A DNA stretch of 64,000 nt from Bigelowiella natans CCMP2755 (GCA_000320545.1 ADNK01001956.1:1-64000); one strand, 5' to 3'; numbered from the stretch's first letter, positions 27,639-39,755 are shown. The notes: generated by a model from the letters alone, not told the origin. Numbers and translations are program-made.

Positions 27639-29280
27639 ATGAAGCATCATAAAGGAAGAAGAATCTCTCTAGAGATCCTGCCATGTCTTGTGGCCGCATC
27701 AACGATGATCTTAGTGTTACTACTACAGAGCACATATTATCACGTGGAAGAAGAAGCAGCAGCAGCAGCCGCATTGACAACTCCCTTGAAACGCACCATG
27801 AACAACTATATTCGGACTAGGCAAGAAACAGGTGGTGGTTCTTCTTTAGCGACGGTCTACACAAGAAGGAGATTGAGGAGACCACGAAGTCAAGAGACTA
27901 AAAATTTTTCTCCAAGTAGTAGTATTCTTGGAGATTGCAAGGATATAGCACAGACATCTTATTCGTCACCGTTGACTCCTAGCCCCCCCTTTCGATCGCG
28001 TAGCTTGCGAGGAGGGGGAGGATCCATGAGTGCAGAGAAAGTTTCATCATCATCTTCTTCAGTAATAGGAAACGAGGCAACAGCTGCAAAAACTCGATTG
28101 GTATTATTTCTATCGTTGTCATTGTCATTGTCCGTCGTCGTCGTCTTTCCTCGTGGTTCTCATCGTCGCCAAAAGCTTTCTACTTATCCTAATAATAATT
28201 ATAATAATAATAATAATAATAATCATCATCATTATCATCATCGTCATCATTCTTTTTGTTCTCTTCAGAATGATAATACGGCAGAAAAAGCCACATGGGC
28301 ACAAGCGGCAATGGATGTATCTTTGGAGGAGGCCGATCCAGAGATGGCTGCTATTCTTAGGGGAGAAGAACAGAGACAAGTCAGGGGTAGGCCATTTATT
28401 ATCTGACTTATGATGATGATGATGATGATGATGATGATAATGACGAAATGATTTCCTGATATTCAACATCAATGCATATCCTTGTATCCATCCATCCATC
28501 TTTGTTAGTGCAACGTAGATGTGAGTTTAAATGAATTCATACTGAAAACAATACGATGGTCTTTCAGAATATGTTGTCAGCGAGACTCATAACTTATTGC
28601 TTTCGCGTCGTCGATCACATGGTTGCAGGATTGGAGTTGATAGCATCAGAGAACTTCGTTTCTAAGGCTGTATTAGAGATGTTGGGTTCTGTATTCACGA
28701 ATAAGTACTCGGAAGGCCTACCTGGTAAAAGATACTATGGGGGAAATGACTATGTTGACCAGGTGGGTGCTGTGAAACAAATAACTAATAATGCATCTAG
28801 CTAGCTGTATCCACGAGTGATTGGAAGAAGAATTGAAACAAACAGCAGCACACGATAATACTAATAATAGTAAGAAGAAGAATAAGTTGTTTCTTCTATT
28901 TAATGATGATATAGATGGAAAGATTGTGTCAGCAAAGGGCTTTAAAGGTACTAGAACGATAATACGGAGCAGCATATAATCAATCACTTCCATATGCAAT
29001 AAAAACTAACCTTTCGCAGAAGAAGCAGCAGCAGCAGCAGCTATGAATAATATTATAACATAATCATCATAACACTGTTTTCCGACACAACTATGAGGAT
29101 AATGATGATGATGATGATTATGATTATTATTATTATTATTAGGCGTTTTCGTTGAGTTCTGAAGATTGGAGTGTGAACGTACAAGCATACTCTGGAAGCC
29201 CTGCAAACTTTGCTGTATACACAGCGGTATCAATTCATACTATTGTATTCCATATCAATAAAGTAGCAGTAGCCTCCCTT

Positions 29281-29328
<48 letters not shown>

Positions 29329-29330
29329 TT

Positions 29331-29367
<37 letters not shown>

Positions 29368-30393
29368 TCGTCTGTCTGTATTTCTTCTTCTCCTACCTCT
29401 GCTTGAAACGATGATAAGGATAACACGACAAATTGTGAGCGCTGGTGCTTCTTACATGTAGTAATATATTAGTGGCAAGTAGGTATTAAATCCACATGAT
29501 GGGATGATAGTGTTTACATGTATAATAATAATAGGTATTGAATCCACATGATCGAATCATGGGCCTAGATTTACCATCTGGAGGCCATCTCACACATGGG
29601 TACTACTACAACTACTACTACTACACCATCATCATCATCATCGTACGTCATTGTTGCTCCTTATGTCATGCTGCTATAGTTGTTGTAATACTAATTTCAG
29701 TCTTCTATATTTTGTACTCCACCTTATCACTGTCTTTCTCCTCCTAGTGGTACTACTAAGTTCAGTCTCCATTTACACTAACCCTATCATCATCATCACT
29801 CTCTTCCTCCTTAGCTACTATACAGCGACACGCAAGATTTCCGCAACATCAATTTACTTTGAGTCCCTCCCTTACCAGCTTTCTCCATCAACAGGTGTGC
29901 TACTTGTTGTAGGAGGAGGAGGAGGAGGGGAAGGAGAGGGAGGAGGAGGAGGAGGAGTATTGGCGTTTTTTAAGTAGTATCATCATATGGAATCATAACA
30001 GCTGTAGTAGTACCAACAGGAGTCACGTCACAGAAAGATGACATGCCACCTCCTTCTTCTTCTTCTTCTTCTTCTTCTTCTCTACGTGATGACAGGGCTT
30101 GTCGATTACGATGGCTTAGAAGAAAGTGCTCGTCGGTTTTTACCCAAAATTTTGATTTGTGGTGCTAGTGCGTATCCCCGTGATTGGGACTACAAGAGAT
30201 TGGTAGTAGTAGTAGTTGTATTCTCTTTAGGAAGGGAGGGAGAAAGGGAGTGATAATAATGACAGCATCATCGGTAGTAGTAGAAACACGCACACACACA
30301 CACACCATATCCATATCCATATCCATATTAATTTTTGGACCATCATAGACGATCAGAACCACTACCCATGATATTATATGTGTGAATACACAA

Positions 30394-30447
<54 letters not shown>

Positions 30448-31248
30448 CAAGATACACACATTATAGAAGTGATAATCGGATAGAAGGGGGGGGGGAGGTT
30501 TATGAATATTGTTAAGCAACTTTGATGATACGCAGTACTACGTGATGATGATGATGATGATAATAAACACAGCGTGAGATAGCAGACAGTGTTGGTGCCC
30601 TTCTACATTGTGATATGGCTCATTTCAGTGGGCTGGTGGCCACGGATCAGGTTGTTGCTTAGTGAGCAAACCATGTTGTTCAATCGAGTAGTTCAGTAGT
30701 GGGATTTGGTTCCTTTCTTTCACAAACGAAGCTGTTCCAACAATTAATTGCTGATATTTTACATCATCGTTATTATTATCTTCATCACCGACATGATCAT
30801 CATTTTCTTCGTCTTGTCGTTTATAAATGGAATTGTTGTATCAGGTTGCCTCCCCTTTCGAATATTGTGATATTGTAACCACAACTACGCATAAAAGCCT
30901 ACGAGGTCCCAGGGGAGCAATGATCTTCTCTCGAAAAAATGTTACAGTGAAAGGGAACACGCAGCTCCTTGATGATGCAGTCAATTTTGCTGTTTTCCCC
31001 TCTCTGCAGGTGGTTAAAACCTGAGCTGCTGCTGCCTCTAATTGAATAATCAACTTAAGTTAGTAGTAGAGTAACCCAAATGCTGCCTGTGAAAGAATTA
31101 AGAAAGAGATGTTAGTAGTTTTAGTAGTAATAGTAGTAGTAGTAGTAGTAGTTTTAGTAGTAGTATAGTAGTAGTTTTAGTAGTAGTAGTATAGTAGTAG
31201 TAGCAGCAACCTTTATTCGTCGTCGTCGTCTTCGTCGTCTAATACCTG

Positions 31249-31284
<36 letters not shown>

Positions 31285-32054
31285 GAACAAGAAGAAGCAG
31301 CAGCAGTAACAACAAGGATAATGTACATGGAAATGATTAGGGTGGCCCCCATAACAACGTGATTGCTGCACTAGCATTGCAACTAAAAGAAGTGGATTCT
31401 CCTGTTTTCAAAGAATATTCGCACCAGGTGAATGGGTGGTGTTTCTTTAATGTTTCTTTAAAATTATTATCATTATTAGCAAGCTGCTATATTATTAAAA
31501 CAACAGAACAACAACAACAAACGTATGATCTGATAATTTACATATGCTCCTCCTCCTCCTCCTCCTCCTCCTCCTCCTCCTCCATCTCTCCGTTTGCTTG
31601 TTTAATTCTTAAGGTTATACGAAATGCTAAGGTACTGGCAGACACCTTAATATCCAAAGGTAGAATCGATCATCATTTTAACCACAAACGAGTTGTAAGA
31701 AAATAATACGATGGTAAGTAAGAATGATGGTGATAATAAAGAGTATTACCTTCTCATATATTGTCATAATCATCATCATCATCATCATCATCATCATAGT
31801 TTGTTGCTGCAAAATAGGCTACAAGCTAGTGACAAATGGAACAGATAATCACTTGATTCTTTGGGATCTAAGACCTCACAACATCACAGGAAGCAAGGTA
31901 GGATATGATTGCTTGTACTTATTCGTCCTCATACTCGTTCTGATAGTTGTAGTATGCTGATAGTGGTGCTGATATCATCTAAATTTTGAAGACTTTTCTT
32001 CTTTATCATCATCATCCCTCCCTCTCAATAGATAACAAACACCAATTGTATCTT

Positions 32055-32087
<33 letters not shown>

Positions 32088-32959
32088 GTCAGATGGAAGC
32101 CTTGTGTGAAGCTGTAAGCATAACCCTGAACAAAAATGCTGTATTTGGAGATACAAGCGCACTCACGCCAGGGGTGTGTGTATGTACGCACTATGATGAT
32201 GATGATGATCACACTGAATGAATAAGAGAATCTTCAAGCATTTTATAATAGAACATTTGATAGTAAAGACAACAACAACAATGCAGACAATGTTAAGTCT
32301 ATTATGACTGAAATAATAAAAGTAATAATGATGGCAAGAAATAAAAATAATAATGTCAACAATTGCAAGCAACGTGAGGTGTGATTGTGATTTCACTACT
32401 ACATATACCATTATAAGACAAGCAGCAGCACCAATGATAGATTTTTAATTCATTGCATTGTATTGCAGGGAGTACGTGTTGGCACACCCGCACTTACTAC
32501 AAGAGGATTCTTGGAGAATGATTTCATCAAAGTCGGACAATTGCTAGATAAGGCATGTACTCTCGCTCAGAAGGTGATATTAAGAATAAATATTGATAAT
32601 TAATAAAATAATAATAATAATATTATTTTTATTATTATGTGTATGATGTTGGAGTGCTATGCTGATGTAGTGTATTTCAGATTCAGCGTGAATCTGGAAG
32701 TAAAAAGCTTGTTACATTCAAACAGCAAATGCAAGGACATCCTGAGGTACTAATACTACTACTACTTACTGCTACAACTATTACTACTACTCAAAATCTA
32801 CATTTGAAATGATGATGAATGATGATGATGATAATGATGATCAATCATAAATCTTGCTGGTACTTGCTTGATTCGTAGGTACAGGCTTTGAAGGTTGAGG
32901 TGGAGAGTTTTGCAAGTGGCTTCTTCTTCCCCGGTATAGATACTTCTTCGTATCGATGA
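27639..32959 (+). CDS. SHMT: Serine hydroxymethyltransferase with long bipartite N-terminal extension
   Basis: [65 protein letters not shown]-lysine [44 protein letters not shown]; TGA at 32957-32959. Confidence 0.96.
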
Positions 32960-33466
32960 CAAGAGGCATCATCAACAAGGCAGATGCTAGTAATCATCAT
33001 ACATGATGGGTTCTGAATGACAACGCGCTCACATCGTGATTGCATAGCAACTATGACACATTTATCAAAACAACTCCTCACCACAAATCACCAACTGTGT
33101 GCGTACCACAGAGGCTTAGAATTGGATATTTTTCCAATCGCTAGATCGCTCACACCATCTAGACTCTGTGGGGGCAATTGCTTGTGAGGCCAACGTGCAT
33201 GCTAGCATGGCTAGATGGCGCGAGGGGGGACACCTTTACAAGTCGATCGCACCTGCAGCCTGCACCATGCTAGCATGTGCGCTCTAGCGCTCATTGCACA
33301 CTGGCATGAAAGCACGTGCACCTTCTAGCCACATGCTACTAGCATGCTGGCATGGACGCAGCCTCTAGCTAGCCAGAGGCTAGTTTCAGCCAGCCCATGC
33401 CACACACATCTAGACATGCCAGCATGCACACACCTGCACAAGTGCGATGCACACACACTGGACACA

Positions 33467-33500
<34 letters not shown>

Positions 33501-34316
33501 TTGCACATCTCTAGATCTCCAAACAGATCTAGAGATCTCCAGATCTGGACGTGCTGCGCTCTCCAGCTAGCTAGCTGTCCAGGTTGTGTGCTGGTCTGGC
33601 AGTCCAGCAATGCAAGACGAATGTGATGAATCAAATCAAGTTTGTTCAATGGTCATGCTCATGCAGCTGTGCATGTGGTCAGTCTGCGACCACCAAATGC
33701 ATGCAAGTGCGCATGCGCATGCATGAGTGCAAATGGGAGTGCACGTTGTGCTTTGTCATGTCTCACATTTTCATGCAGGCATGCTCATGCAGGTTCAGGC
33801 TGCATCCACTGTGGCTCAGCTAGTCACACAGGGGCATGCAACGTGACACGTTGCATGCCCAGAAACATTGTTGCAGGAGGGGGCACGTGCAGCGGGAAAA
33901 CATCCATCTCGGTTGTCAAACCGTGGATGTTTTCCAGGAGCACCCTCGGTGTCTCACTTGCGACAAGGAGTCGGCCCACGCAGTGTGACATTTCAGGGAA
34001 AAATGGCGGGGATTTTTCCCGAATTTTTGGGCCACTGTGGCTGCGCAGCATGCTGCTGATGGGGATGCTGTGTGCCCAGCGCATGACGTGCATTGGCGCT
34101 CAATGATTGGCCAGTTTGGCATGCTCTGAACGACCCGCAAGCAAGCGGCAAGCTTTCTTCTTTGGCAGTTTGCTCATGCATGGTCACCTCACGTCACACG
34201 TTCATCAGGGTGTTGGTTTTGTGGACTCAAGCATTGTCAAAGCACACATCAGCACGGTTGTGTTGTCAGCGCTGCGCAATGCAACTGCACTGGTGGCGGA
34301 CGAACTGCGTCAAGTG

Positions 34317-36650
34317 ATGGATCAAGGGAACTCGATTGGGTCTCAGGATGTGACCAGGGACCATGTGGAGGGAGCTGAGGGCAAGGAGACCAAGTCAGAA
34401 AAATCGGAAGTTTGGACGGGAGGCAATGGGCTTCGGGAAGGTGTCCCGGTGGCTCAGCCCGTGGCTTCTGAGCGTTCACATGAGCTTGGAACGGGCGCCC
34501 GGCACTCCCTGACCGTGCAGGACGTTTTGGAGCAGTTTGGGAACTTGGGTGTTCACGACAGCCGACGGGTTGCAAAGTGTGTCTTGCACTGCGACGGCAT
34601 CGATGAAAGTGTGGATGACTTGGTCAAAGTGATGACCAATGACTCATTGGAATCGCGGGAGTTTGCACTTTGTCGTTGCATGGACAAGGGGGCAACTTTG
34701 CGAACTTGGGCCTGCACGTTCAAGAAAAGCAGGGACCCGGATCGTGCTCCACCAGGCACGCTGGAGACGAAGGAGCGGAAGGCCAAGCAGCAGCCTTCTG
34801 TTCGGGACATCACGGGCGCCATCGACTCACTTCGACGGCACTGCCCGATCAAAGGGAAGCTGTGTGTGGCTGCTGTGAGTCCACCACAGTTTCGCAGGAA
34901 AGCTCGTGGGCTTTGTGATGAAATCAAAGCACGCGCTGCTTTGGTCGGTCAAACCGACTTGGGGTTCGGTTGCAAACGTTTCCAGACGTGTTCATCCTCT
35001 CGTGCGCTTGAGAGGCTTCGTCGGGAAGCAGTGAGGAACCGGTGTGACTCAGAGACTCCAGAGGACCAGTTTGAGATGGCCCTGGAGCATCCATGCGATG
35101 AGGAGGACAAAGATGAGCTTCAACGGGACTTCGAGGATGAGCTCGATTTTCTTCGTCGAAAGCGGCATCGCCACGTTGATGCGACACACCGGCAGTTCAG
35201 CGAGCTCACACTGGAGTTGCTGGGCCACGTTTTGGTCGTGCTGACAAGTTGCGGTGCTTTCAGCGCTTGTTGGCAGGCCATCAACCACGCGACAGGTTCA
35301 TCGCGCCACTCAATGGGTTCAGGCCGCACGACGTCGATGAGCTTGTCAAGCATTTGAGGCCGCTGGAGGAGAGCCATTGTGATTTCAAAGCTCACCCTCT
35401 TCATTCTGATGCTTCTGCAGTTGCAGGACCTGCGGTGCAGCGTGAATGCGTGCACTTCAAACGTGGGAAGTGTGATCACGGTGATGAGTGCAAACTTTTG
35501 CACACCAAGCAGCAGACCACAAGTGAGCAGAAATCCAGGAAGTGCACACTGGAGCAGCTTGATGGGATGAAGAGTCAAGACTGTCTGCTTCACTTGAAAG
35601 GCAAGTGCCATCGTGGGGACAAGTGCAAGTTCCGCCACGGTGCTGGGAGTCTTGAAGCTGCTGGAGGGGTGCCTGTGGGCTTTTCCTCTCACACCTGTGA
35701 GGAGTCTGCCGATGCTCCCAAGCAAAACACGGAAGCATCGCTCCTCCAGGTCAACTCCCAGTCACTTCCTGAGTTGATCAGAGAAAGTGAGCAGCGTCAT
35801 CGTGAGCGAGACCCAAGTTTGAGGTCTCGGAAAAAAGTCAAGTGCTTCCTGCAGGCGGACGATGGCGCCGTTGCAGCACTTGGTCCAATCGACTGGTGTT
35901 GAACACCAGTGCAAATGGGTTCGTTCTGAAGCTTGCTGAAACTTCACTTTTGAACAAGCTCGTTTGCACTGGTGTTGAACACCAGTGATCGATGATGGGG
36001 CCCAACCTGCCACCACTTCAGAGGCTCCGTGCCAAAAGTCAAAATCGGCTGGTGTCAAGTTTGGCCACCGTCCGATGGTTGGGGAGGCAGGAGGCTCAAG
36101 TTCATCGATCAAAAGTGAAACTTTGCGAGAAGTCGATTTTGCGGTCCAGATGAAAAAACACGAAAAGCATGGAGCGCACGTTGAGCTCCGCACTTGTGCT
36201 CTGGTGCTGTCTGGACCGGTCTCGCAGGACTTTGTGTTGGGCATTGGAACCCTTGACGTGAATGGCATTGACTCTGTTGAGGATCCTGACCCAGTGAAGC
36301 GAGTTGTGACGATTGGTGGTGAAATCGTTGGTTCACATCCGTGCAGCGTTGACGTGATGTCAGCGACTGTTGCAACCGTCACGGGGATGGACATGCCTCC
36401 AATGGCGGCGGCTCCCGGCGAGGTTTGTGGCATGGATGCAAGCCTTGCGGGAGAATTGCCGGGAGTGGAGGAGGCATCTGCATCGATCGTCAGTTGTGCG
36501 CAAAGAGCTGGCGGACACCGTGGATTGTGGTTTCGCAAGTGACCATGACCACGTGATCAAAGCACAAGCTGGCAAGGTTTGCCGGACATCGATGTCAAAT
36601 CGATGGCAAATCCCATCGAATCTGGTGGAGTGCTTCTCCAGCGATCATCC
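34317..36650 (+). mobile_element. Degenerate LTR-type (Ty3/Gypsy-like order) retrotransposon fragment: gag with two CCCH fingers, aspartic protease, start of pre-RT linker
   Basis: CVHFKRGKCDHGDECKLLH and CLLHLKGKCHRGDKCKFRH (C-x7-C-x5-C-x3-H); protease (L)IDDGA...DFVLG once the 35893-35992 insertion is removed; frameshifts; no RT, RNase H or integrase visible. Confidence 0.7.
35893..35985. mobile_element. 93-bp fold-back/MITE-like insertion with 7-bp target-site duplication
   Basis: Both ends carry the near-palindrome CTGGTGTT-G-AACACCAG; imperfect inner IR TGCAAATGGGTTCGTTC / GAACAAGCTCGTTTGCA; flanked by CAATCGA (35886-35892) and TGATCGA (35986-35992); splits the protease Asp codon. Confidence 0.8.
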
Positions 36651-38180
36651 AGCATTGTGCCGCTGTCAGAGTTTGGCGACCAACGTGCAGTCGCCAACTC
36701 TGACTTGGTGAGCGGCCACGTGCTGGACGTGCTCGATCGCTTGGAGCGTGATCGAGGTGGTTGCAAAGGAGGAGAGCAGCACCATCCTCAAGGACGCCAT
36801 CGACACACACAGCCATCGGGGCAGAGTCAGTTTTCTCCCGAAGTGGAGTCTGGCACCAGGAGCTGGCTGCGTCTCCATCGAGGCTCTCGAGTCTGCGGTG
36901 GCAAGCGTTGGTGCTGTGCTTCTTGGCGTTGCGTGGTGATCTGTTGAGGTCACGTCTGAGGCGACTGGCCATGGGCACAAGTCGACGGTCTCCTTGTGAG
37001 ATGAGGTGCTCGCATTCACGAAGTTGTGATCCAAGGGAGTCGACACAAGGACCATGATGGACGAAGGGTTTCCTGTTGGGGCGTTTTTTGCCAACTGCAC
37101 GCCTGGCTTTTGCCAGGATGGTGTTGGTCACATCGACGGGAAGGCATTCGTGCCATTCGTGGTTTGCAAGAGCTTGACCAAGGGCTTGCATGCGGTCCCC
37201 ACGTTTGTTCCACGAACGTTCAGGCAGTGGTTGGGGCGGCTTCGTGCCCCATCGTGGGAACGCTGCTGCTTGTTGTTTGTGATCGCTGCCGAGGCCAGCG
37301 AGGGTGTCGCAGGACAGGAAAGTGGATGCCCCGCGTGCAATGGCTTCAGAGGTGCAGAATGTGTGGTCTGGGGATGAGAGTTGAACTTGGAGGACGTCAT
37401 TGGTGCCAATGTGCTCCACTCTCGTGTGTTTCCCCATCGCGACGTTCCACTCAAGGTCGACATGGTGTTCACCCAAATCGTTCATGGTTTGGGGAAGGTT
37501 TTCGCCTTCGCGGTTGGATTTCGAGTCCCCACGTGCTCCGATGATTCTGCCATTGAAGTCGCCTCCGGACAGGAAGCTGTCACGTTTTCGTTCGCCCATC
37601 AGGAGTGCACTGAGAGCCTCCCTGCGGCGGGCATCTCCAGCACAAGGCCAGCAGGCTGTGTGAAATGCCAGTTCATTGTTGCCAATTTCAAACCATGCGT
37701 TGAATTCATCATGGGAGAGGATTGATGGCGGGATCTTGCTCAAGATCCCCATTCCTCTGGGCCGCGTTTCATCCAATGCATGGCACTTGTGGTCGCCGCC
37801 TGAGACGTCTTCGTTTTGCAACTTGGCATCAAATGGACACGCGACGTCAATTTTTTCTCTGGCAAGGGACTTGATTAGCAGGCTCCTCTCATTCCGCAGG
37901 CCACGCAAATCAAAGAAGGCTGCTTTCAATGGAATGTCCCTTGCAGCGGCGGGAAGGTGTGGGTGGACGAACGGTCACGCCAGCACGCGCTGCCCAGCTG
38001 TGGACGTTTGCGAAAATGGCAACTGGGCTGAAACCACGATTGCATGAAACTTCATGAGACTTCGAACAAGAGGCGTTCCTCTTCATTAGCTCACTCAATG
38101 AATCTCATCGCAAACTCAACCCAGAGGCCAGAGTGGGGGCGCGCGGCGGCGACGTTCACGTGCGACCTTCCCGGGAGACA
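36650..38180 (-). mobile_element. Non-LTR (LINE) retrotransposon 5' fragment with APE/EEP endonuclease, lacking RT
   Basis: ORF 37929-36595 has GGDFNG, NREGE, SSPDHTF (ancestral SSLDYIF), GSDH and FFDLRGL (ancestral FFNLRGL); no Tyr in 444 aa. Confidence 0.85.
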
Positions 38181-38517
38181 TTGATTTCATTTGTTGATTC
38201 GGCCTCCTACATGTACTCTCGAGATATTAATTTTATTTATTAATTCGGCCTCACTTGCTACCCCTCTCTCTCCCCATCGGGTACATTATTCACATAGATC
38301 TAGATCTTCTACTACTATAGATCTGGGAGGAGAGGACAGACAATCTTTATTGCAGGTAAGTCAGGAAGGAAGCTAGGTTGTGGTGGCGGAAACGTTCATT
38401 GTAATCTGATGTGGATGACACAATTACTAACCGAAAGCTACAGCATCTGATCGATTTCATTCTCCAGGCAACTTGACGGGTCACTGGAGCACACAATAAT
38501 CTGAATAATTTAGCATC

Positions 38518-39039
38518 ATGTTGTTGTTTGCAACCCCACCTTCCACAACCCTGCTCTACCATCTGCTCCTCCTTGTCAACAACTTTGCCTATTCGTCATC
38601 ATCAATGGAACTCAAACATGTGGTTTATATGTCTCGCCACGGAGTACGTTCGCCATACCCACCTGAATTTGGATACGAGGTGCGTGGGGAAGATACATGA
38701 ATGAAAGCAAGTCGTTGTCGCTTCAATATTGACAGTGTTCCATGTGGTTGTTGTTATTACATTATTGTTACTTTTATTATTAGGCATATTCGAATAAACC
38801 CTTCCCAACTGCTGCAGATTGGGGAATGACGGGTATACATTGTCAGCGATAAGTTGCAATGTTTATTCTCATACGAGTTGAGTGAATGTGTTGTTGTCAG
38901 ATTATGACTACAATCACCAGTACCTTACAGCACATGGCAAGAAGCTGGTATGTACGTAGTATGAGCAACATTAGCAGCAGCAATAAACAGCAGGAGAGCA
39001 TGAAACTGAGTAGTAATCTAACTTCAAAGAATAATAATG

Positions 39040-39086
<47 letters not shown>

Positions 39087-39323
39087 ATGTACTATTTAGG
39101 TTCCTCTTATTGGAAGCTACTTTCGTCAACTTTACCAGTCTTCAGCACTCTTTTCAAATGAAAAACCTCATGGTAGAAGAATAGTCAAAGTTGTAGCCAA
39201 TGTGGGGATGTGTGTTAAGATGCACCGTACCATAGATAGAGAGAATATATTTTGTATTTGCCTATCATATGATTTCAATTGATAACTGGTGTTGTTTTAA
39301 AGTGATGATGATTATTATCCTCT

Positions 39324-39356
<33 letters not shown>

Positions 39357-39516
39357 TAGAATGCCCCACAACTTTGCAAGTTTATGCTGATGACTCTATA
39401 AGAGATGTCCAGGTGATTTGTTATTATCGGTAGGAGGAGAGGGAATAATAGCACCATTATATCTACGACGACATATAATTATATTTAAACATGTAGCCAT
39501 CCTCTCTAAGTTGATG

Positions 39517-39564
<48 letters not shown>

Positions 39565-39624
39565 CAGACAGCGAGACTGTTCCTCGAAGGATTTTTGCCC
39601 GAATGTCATGTGGTAAGAAGCAGC

Positions 39625-39665
<41 letters not shown>

Positions 39666-39714
39666 TAGTGAGAAGACTTAAGAATTTAATATGCTGCGGC
39701 TGCTGGTGATGGTG

Positions 39715-39755
<41 letters not shown>

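Larger units (their letters stand above)
33140..38200. other. Large TpA-depleted island covering nested retroelements
   Basis: 33140-33823: 19 TA, 17 of them CTAG. 33823-37875: no TA seen. Only two TTAG (37876, 38087) before normal TA resumes at 38208. Confidence 0.9.

Noticed and set aside
33869-34102. Candidate 5' LTR (TG...CA, 33869-34092) followed by PBS-like TGGCGCTCA
   Set aside because: No second LTR or TSD in the window, and TG/CA are inflated by the mutation process, so the boundaries cannot be supported.
33823-37875. CpG methylation decay or classical RIP as the cause of the TG/CA excess
   Set aside because: CpG is plentiful here and TA is absent. RIP would create TA, and CpG decay would not remove it.
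33823-37875. ADAR-type RNA editing, DGR-like mutagenic reverse transcription, codon bias or a variant genetic code
   Set aside because: Changes occur on both strands, in all frames, in non-retrotransposed DNA and differently in the two TSD copies. Host genes use Tyr, TAA and TAG normally.
33584-38098. Dense overlapping ORFs in all six frames (also 146-1156 and 58686-60443) as novel or overlapping genes
   Set aside because: Loss of TA removes TAA and TAG stops on both strands, which inflates ORF length. Only the gag/protease and endonuclease frames carry motifs.
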